From Piromyces finnis finn (taxonomy: Eukaryota; Fungi; Neocallimastigomycota): a stretch of DNA of 64,000 nt. Positions 57,064 to 64,000 of this stretch are shown here, piece after piece. Location: contig MCFH01000051.1 of assembly GCA_002104945.1 (NCBI GenBank), positions 248,001-312,000 on the forward strand, written 5' to 3'. The translations under genes were made by a program, and so were the position numbers. The notes beneath the pieces were generated by a model. That model was not told where the DNA came from, made no database searches, and saw only the letters and a list, made by a program, of their open reading frames with translations. Within the stretch, counting starts at the first letter, position 1. Every line of letters begins with the position of its first letter.

Positions 57064-60000
57064 GGCATCAAATATTTTAAACTTTATTATTAATTTAATT
57101 AAAATTATAATACATGTAATAAAAAATTAAAAATAAATAAAAATAAAAAAAATATGTTTAAATAAACACAAATGAATAAAAATTGGGTATAATGTATTCT
57201 AGTAATTTTAATTAAAGTAAGAAAGCCACTATCATACTAAAGTATAATAATTGTATTTGACTTCCAATGGGACACCGAGCCAAAGATCAAAATTTTGTCA
57301 TGGAACAAAATTATGATCTCCATTGGTTGCGCTGGCCCTCCTGGCCTGTCTTACTGTTTCTTCAGCATTGACGCTCTTGGATGTTGCTTCAAACCTTTTG
57401 AACATTGACCATTGCTGGCCAATAGCAAAAGGCATGATTTTGGTTAGAAGTTCCGCGGTTACCGTCAAGAATGGTGTTCCTTCATTAGTACCAGATTGAA
57501 TCTGACGCTTACAAAGTTCTTTCCATTCCCTTGAATTGTAATTAATATTGTTAAAACTTCTTCCCCCAAGAAGGAATTTAAATATTTTACTGCACACACT
57601 AGAATAATCATACACATTAATATTCACCGGATTATTAGAACTATTACTATCATTAACTAAATTACTATCTAAATTAGAATTATTATCATCACTATTGCTA
57701 TCATTACTAATATTATTATTTCTATTACTACAATTGTTATTATTACTATTTCTATTATTACTATTACTACTATTGTTATTATTACTATTGTTATTATTAC
57801 TATTGTTACTATTACTATTGTTACTATTACTATTACTGTTATTGCTATCTCTGCTGACATTATCAATTTCATTATTATTGATAGGACTATTGGAATTACG
57901 TTGACTGAAAAAATTTAATAGATGGACTATAGAATCATAATGTTTAATACGGATATCTCTAAATGTTGGACAATCTAATAACCAATGTTTAATACTTTGA
58001 TCTCCACACTTGCAACATGGACAGTAGTTAGGACAAACTGGATCAACAAATTTAGCAGCTTTGGCAACTCTAGCATCCAACTTGTATCCGCTTCTTGCTT
58101 TCAATAGCCAGTAGAAGCCATAGGCAAACTTTGGGTATTCATAACATAATTTAATAAAATCTTTAGTTTCAATAAATTTATTATCATCATAATATTGCGC
58201 TTTGATTGAATTCCCTTTGAGATCTTTCCAATAAAAGTTTTTAACTGCTTTAACATCCCCATGTTTCTTTAGTTTTTTATCAAGTGTCCTACTTGATTTG
58301 CACCACGTGTATTTTCTAAATTTAGGAATGTAATTGACAAGGTGTGAGATAATACAATTTGAGTTTTTCCATTTGTTAAAACATCTAACCTGAGCTAACG
58401 CACATTTGGCTGACAATGGAGGAATATTCAAATCTTTTGAGATAGAGTATAAAGATATAAACGATACAGCTTTATGAACTCCGGCAACCCATCGTATTCC
58501 TTTGTTAACATGCTTCTGAGCAATTCTAGACCTAGCTTTGTTGGATCCAAGTAATGGTGCAAAGTATGAAACTCTGCTAATCACTTGTGAGTTAAGTACT
58601 AGCTTTTTGAAAGGAATAGGAATATTAGGATTTCTTAAGAATTTATTGACTGAAAAAAGTCCTTTCAAAACTTTGTTATTAAGAGTTTTAATAACTGGTT
58701 TAAGGGACAGATTCTTATCAAATGGAACACCAAGATAAGTATAACAATCAGTAGTTGGAATGGGTTGTCCTGCTAAGTAAAATGTTGGATCTCTCTTGTT
58801 CTGATTTTCTATTGATTCAGGACGAATCACCATCGTTGAACATTTCTGGATACCAAATTCCATTTCATTATACAATGCCCATTCATTAACTCTTCTAAGC
58901 ATCTTTTTTAAGCATCCTCTTGTTGGAGCACAAATAACTATATCATCTGCAAAAAGTCCACCACAGCATCGAGTGTCACCTAAACTGACTCCTAGATCTT
59001 CGCACTCTTTAAATATATCATTAATAAAGAGATTAAAGAGAATAGGAGAAAGAGGGCAACCTTGACGGACTCCTTTCTTCACATCAAAAGATTTCGAGAA
59101 CTGTCCATCTAATTTGACATTAGCCTTAGATGTTAAATATAAATTTTTGATGAATTGTAAACTCTTACCTCGGATTCCTAAACAATCTAATTTATGGAGA
59201 ATATTACGATCTAAAAAGGCCAAATATGTCTCTTTATTATCTAATTGACGTCTACGGCATATTTCTTGGATTGAAATGAAAAGACTGATACTTTCTTCCT
59301 TTTTTCGAAAACCAAATTGTTCAGGTCTAATGAAATTATTCTTTAAACCATATTCTGAGATTCTAGTGGTGACAATTTTGGAAATTAACTTAATACCATT
59401 ATTGATAAGTGATATACCTCGATAGTTATCACAATCTGTCAAATCTCCCTTCTTAGGAATAGAAACAATACTGGATTCATTCCATGAGTTGGGGAAGTCT
59501 CCATCCCAAATACGGTTGAATAATTTAAGAATAAAATTTAAACCATGAGCATCATTATCTGAAGTGGTATTACCAGAAGAATTATTATCTGTAGCATTAT
59601 TAGAATCATTACTTGATGGAATTAATGCTTTGTAAAATTCAATTGGAATACCATCCGGACCTGATGCTTTATAATTTGGAGTAGAGAGGATAGCTGACTT
59701 GACCTCATCAATACTAATATCTTGGTTGATATCCCACTCATCAAGCATAGGAAGTGAAAAACGTTTATTTGTTGGTTCTTCATACCAATGCTCCAAATCA
59801 AAACTTACACCACTTGGATCTGATGCATGGTTTTCGAAATGATCATGCCACACTTCTAGTTGTTCTTCCGTAGCAACAACTAATTCTCCATTTTTATTTT
59901 TAATTGGTTGAGTAATAAAGAAAGAATCTTTTCCAATTTTTGCAGTTTTCTTGATCCATTTCCAGGCCTTCTTAGGATTATGACTCTTCATATACTCACA

Positions 60001-60132
60001 TCCTGTTTTAATCCAATGAAGATATTCTTGCTTCCTAAATTCATTACATCTTTTGTGGATGTAATCAATGAGCTTACGGTAGATTTTAATTCTTTTAATA
60101 AATTCATCTATATCATAAATTCTTTCTTTTTT
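57032..60132 (-). mobile_element. LINE copy 2, 5'-truncated (no endonuclease domain)
   Basis: Poly(T) at 57032-57060. Near-identical to about 6984-10087; the alignment breaks at 60132. Confidence 0.94.
57298..59991 (-). pseudogene. Truncated LINE RT ORF with an in-frame 30-bp deletion in a conserved RT motif
   Basis: Reads AFLDRNILHK where copy 1 reads AFLDLRKAYDSVPIGNILHK; deletion junction at about 59206. Confidence 0.88.
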
Positions 60133-60347
60133 CCCTCCTGGCCTGTCTTATTGTTTCTTCAACATTGACGCTCATGGCTGTCGCTTCAAACCTTTTGAAC
60201 ATTCTATTCCCTTGAATGATCATTAATCATTATTGTTAAAACCTCTTTCTCCAAAAAAAAGAAACTTAAATATTTCATTTGTATTAGAATATTAATACAT
60301 ATTAATATTCATTAGATTATTAGAACTATTATTAATTAAATTACTAT
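60133..60347 (-). mobile_element. Degenerate relic of the 3' coding end of the same LINE family, fused to the 5' end of copy 2
   Basis: CCCTCCTGGCCTGTCTTATTGTTTCTTCAACATTGACGCTC... aligns to 7291 onward, with substitutions, an internal deletion and AT-ward decay, ending near the 7620 equivalent. Confidence 0.8.
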
Positions 60348-60699
60348 ATGACTATATTAATTACTCAAACAAAAAAAATATATATATATATATATATAAT
60401 TATTATCTTTGACATTAATATATATTTATGTCGAAATTCTTTTCAATATTAAATGATATACCAAAAATAAAAAAAAAATTGATTGAATTATAAAATGAAT
60501 TCTTTATTTAAATTTGAATTATTTATTTTTGCTTTGCGTTATTATTTATTTGGTTTTTGAAAATACAAATATATTTCATTATTTAAACCAATAATACTAT
60601 AATTTTTGTTTATCATTTTTTTTTATATATATTTAATTTTTACTTTTTTTTTCCTATTTTATTAAATTATTTTATTTAATATATAATAGACGTCTAAAT

Positions 60700-62811
60700 T
60701 TACAAATCGAAACCTGGAATGACTTGTTCAACTGAATCTTTTTGTGGTGCAGCTGGATCTCTGCCTTCAGCAGCATCAGCAGCAGCATCAGCAGCAGCAG
60801 TGTTAGCAAAAGATTGAGAAGTTGATGGCTTTGAATCATCTAAATTAGCTTTGTTTGACTTTTTTGATTTCTTTTTATTATTTTTTTTACTATGCTTATT
60901 TCCTTCTTTATCATTACTAACTGGCATGACTGTTGGATCATAATCTTCAATATTAACTTCATTAGTATCTTGTCCAAAGGTTAAATTTGGACTTTCAGGA
61001 CTTGGATAATATGAAGCATAATTGGCAGCATAAGAATTATTCATGTCATAAGGACTAAAGTAGGAAGGAAATTGTGGTGGCATTTTGTGACCATGACAAT
61101 GCTTCATTCCCCTCATGCATTTATGATGCATATGATGACCAAATGGTGGTGGCATACCCCATGGCATTGGTGGTGGTGGACACATACCTCTCATTCCTTT
61201 CTTACATTTATGATGCATATGATGACCGAATGGTGGTGGTGGCATACCCCATGGCATTGGTGGTGGTGGACACATACCTCTCATTCCTTTCTTACATTTA
61301 TGATGCATATGATGACCGAATGGTGGTGGTGGCATACCCCATGGCATTGGTGGTGGTGGACACATACCTCTCATTCCTTTCTTACATTTATGATGCATAT
61401 GATGACCGAATGGTGGTGGTGGCATACCCCATGGCATTGGTGGTGGTGGACACATACCTCTCATTCCTTTCTTACATTTATGATGCATATGATGACCGAA
61501 TGGTGGTGGCATATCCCATGGACACATTGGTGGTGGTGGACACATGCCTCTCATTCCCTTTTTACATTTATGATGCATATGATAACCGAATGGTGGTGGC
61601 ATATCCCATGGACACATTGGTGGTGGTGGACACATGCCTCTCATTCCTCTCCTACATTTATGATGCATGTGATGACCAAATGGTGGTGGTGGCATATCCC
61701 ATGGACACATTGGTGGTGGTGGACAGTGATCCATTGATTTCATTCTCATACAATGATGTGGTGGTAGGCAGTGATCCATTGATTTCATTCTCATACAATG
61801 ATGTGGTGGTGGACAATGTCCCATAGATCTCATACCAAAACCACGATGGAAAGATGGGAATTTTAATTCATTTTCATCTTCAGAATCGCTAGAAGAACTG
61901 GTTGAACTAGATGAAGATGAAGAATTAGAACTACTTGATGAGCTAGAAGAACTAGAAGAACTAGATGAGGATGAAGAAGATGAAGAGCTAGTACTACTGT
62001 CAGATTCTGATCCAGAATTTTCAAATTCAACATCTATTGGGCAATAATATGGATATTTATAACCTGAATATTGGAACTCATCACAATCAGAACTATCAAA
62101 ATCTTCCCATTCATTTTCATCATCTGATTTCTTTCCACAAGCAGCATCAGTTGGTGGTGGTGGCATTCCTGGGCCTGGTGGTGGTGGACATCCATTTGGT
62201 GGTGGTGGCATTCCTGGGCCTGGTGGTGGTGGACATCCATTTGGTGGTGGTGGCATTCCTGGACCTGGTGGTGGTGGACATCCATTTGGTGGTGGTGGCA
62301 TTCCTGGACCTGGTGGTGGTGGACATCCATTTGGTGGTGGTGGCATTCCTGGGCCTGGTGGTGGTGGACATCCAGCTGGTCCGTGACGATGACCATGATG
62401 TGGACCATAACCCCATTTTCTCCATTTTTTCATCATTTTCCTATCCCATGGTGGACAACATGAGTCCCCATATGGACCATGACATCCTTGATGGCCTGGT
62501 GGACAGTGTAAACCACCAAAATCAAATGTACCAAAACCTGACTTTGGAACAACATCATATTTTACTTTTAAGCAAAATAATTCACCTGCTTCTTCTTCAT
62601 CTTTACCTGAATTTTTGTTTAATTTGAATTTAATATAGTTTTTACCATCATCTCCTTCAATATTAATTTCATTTAAACCTTTTTGAAGAAGTTCTAAACC
62701 ATTGTTTATATTTTCATTCTCGACAGATTCGCCACTTTCTTCATTAGAAATTTGAAGTGATTTTAATGGTAAAGTAGTCATTAATAATAAATCGTTCTTT
62801 TTTGAGTCCAT
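60700..62811 (-). CDS. Intronless low-complexity Pro/His/Cys/Met tandem-repeat protein (703 aa), unknown function
   Basis: Long ORF with host-like A/T third codon positions (CCA, CAT, TGT), an A-rich start context, and unique non-repetitive N- and C-termini. Confidence 0.8.
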   Translation of the reverse strand: MDSKKNDLLLMTTLPLKSLQISNEESGESVENENINNGLELLQKGLNEINIEGDDGKNYIKFKLNKNSGKDEEEAGELFCLKVKYDVVPKSGFGTFDFGGLHCPPGHQGCHGPYGDSCCPPWDRKMMKKWRKWGYGPHHGHRHGPAGCPPPPGPGMPPPPNGCPPPPGPGMPPPPNGCPPPPGPGMPPPPNGCPPPPGPGMPPPPNGCPPPPGPGMPPPPTDAACGKKSDDENEWEDFDSSDCDEFQYSGYKYPYYCPIDVEFENSGSESDSSTSSSSSSSSSSSSSSSSSSSSSNSSSSSSSTSSSSDSEDENELKFPSFHRGFGMRSMGHCPPPHHCMRMKSMDHCLPPHHCMRMKSMDHCPPPPMCPWDMPPPPFGHHMHHKCRRGMRGMCPPPPMCPWDMPPPFGYHMHHKCKKGMRGMCPPPPMCPWDMPPPFGHHMHHKCKKGMRGMCPPPPMPWGMPPPPFGHHMHHKCKKGMRGMCPPPPMPWGMPPPPFGHHMHHKCKKGMRGMCPPPPMPWGMPPPPFGHHMHHKCKKGMRGMCPPPPMPWGMPPPFGHHMHHKCMRGMKHCHGHKMPPQFPSYFSPYDMNNSYAANYASYYPSPESPNLTFGQDTNEVNIEDYDPTVMPVSNDKEGNKHSKKNNKKKSKKSNKANLDDSKPSTSQSFANTAAADAAADAAEGRDPAAPQKDSVEQVIPGFDL
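61111..61815. repeat. Coding minisatellite: 90-bp units (near-perfect, period visible at 61201/61291/61381/61471), older ~93-bp variants, then 45-bp units
   Basis: Encodes CPPPPMPWGMPPPPFGHHMHHKCKKGMRGM and CPPPHHCMRMKSMDH. Confidence 0.92.
62150..62376. repeat. Coding minisatellite, five 45-bp units
   Basis: Encodes CPPPPGPGMPPPPNG repeats. Confidence 0.92.
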
Positions 62812-63544
62812 GTTTTCAAATGAATATGTTATATAATAAACTTTTCGATATTATATATATATAAATATTTATTTAATATCTATTATAAAATTTATTGTCT
62901 TTAATATATTTGTCTTTAGAATTAATTAGTGAATTAATTATTTATTTTAAATATTTGTCTGTTTTTATTCAAATAAAATAAGAAAATATAGCAACTATTT
63001 TTAATGTATATATATTATATAATTAATATTATTAATTATCTTTTTTAAATAATTCAACTAATGATTTTTAAAAAAAAAAAAAAAAGCAAGGAATAAACTT
63101 TTCAATTTATACTCATTCTAAAAAATGTTATTTTTCCTTTTTTAATGAAATTTAATTATAAATTTTAATAAAAAAAAACTATTTATAAATTATAGAATTT
63201 GATATTTGATGTATTATAATATTCAAAATAGTATAGAAAAAAAAAGATATATTATTACTAATATATAATTAATAAATATTATTTTGAATATTTTGTTATA
63301 TTACTAATTGTAAATAGGATTAGTAATTCAATAACCTAGAAAAATAAAAATTTTAATATACTTATTTTTAATAATATATTGAAATATGTAAATATTTAAT
63401 ATATACTAATATATTAATTTTAATATATTTTAAAATATAATATAAATAAAAAATTTTAGATTTTCTATTTTACTAATATTTAACAAAGTATTGATATTTA
63501 TCTAAAATAAATATAATCTATTCACTTAAATATTGTAAATACAA

Positions 63545-63672
<128 letters not shown>

Positions 63673-64000
63673 TTATATATATGTTAATACTATTATTATT
63701 AAAAAATAAAATATAAGCATTTATAAATATTTATATATTAAAATGAAATATATATATCATTTTTTAAAAATTGAAAGCATTTATAATATAAAGTTATTCT
63801 TTATGAAGATAATCCTTGGCTTTTTTATTTAAAACAGCCAATGATTAAATCTAATAATAATAACTATTATATTATATTTTTTTTTGAAAAAAAAAAGTTT
63901 TTCTCTATTTCTGCAGAATTAGAATTAAAATTTCAATTAATAAAATTAATATATTTATCTTAAATTATAGAATGAATATTATTATAGTATAAATATAATA

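Noticed and set aside
61111-61720. CRISPR-like regular repeats
   Set aside because: Head-to-tail coding minisatellite with no unique spacers, in a eukaryotic context.
61072-61826. Two long plus-strand ORFs (W/H/M-rich and V/D/Y-rich) and other overlapping ORFs at 62034-62627
   Set aside because: Shadows of the stop-free tandem repeat; only the minus-strand 703-aa frame has host codon bias and unique termini.

Overview
Eukaryotic, extremely AT-rich fungal DNA, almost certainly from an anaerobic gut fungus (Neocallimastigomycota). The evidence is fungal dockerin (CBM10/NCDD) domains fused to a CotH kinase, a CBM1-pectate lyase, an ankyrin-repeat gene and short GT-AG introns. Housekeeping genes reconstructed by hand across introns: RRP5, a DNAJB12/14-like J protein, SWI5/SAE3, BLOS2, COG5, mannose-6-phosphate isomerase and a divergent protein kinase. 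Several of these are mostly invisible in the ORF track. Accessory content: (i) two closely related, poly(A)-tailed APE-RT-zinc-finger LINE copies, each capped at its 5' junction by a same-orientation fragment of its own family; (ii) a 494-bp non-coding poly(A)-tailed retroinsertion with a 15-bp target-site duplication and a Pol III B-box (candidate SINE); (iii) an intronless secreted protein with two 10-Cys modules and a peptidase C39-like domain (candidate antimicrobial lysin); (iv) an intronless bacterial-like SAM methyltransferase; (v) a Pro/His/Cys/Met tandem-repeat protein. About 40% of the modelled introns end in AAG rather than YAG. All gene models, alignments and counts were made by eye; no database searches were run.
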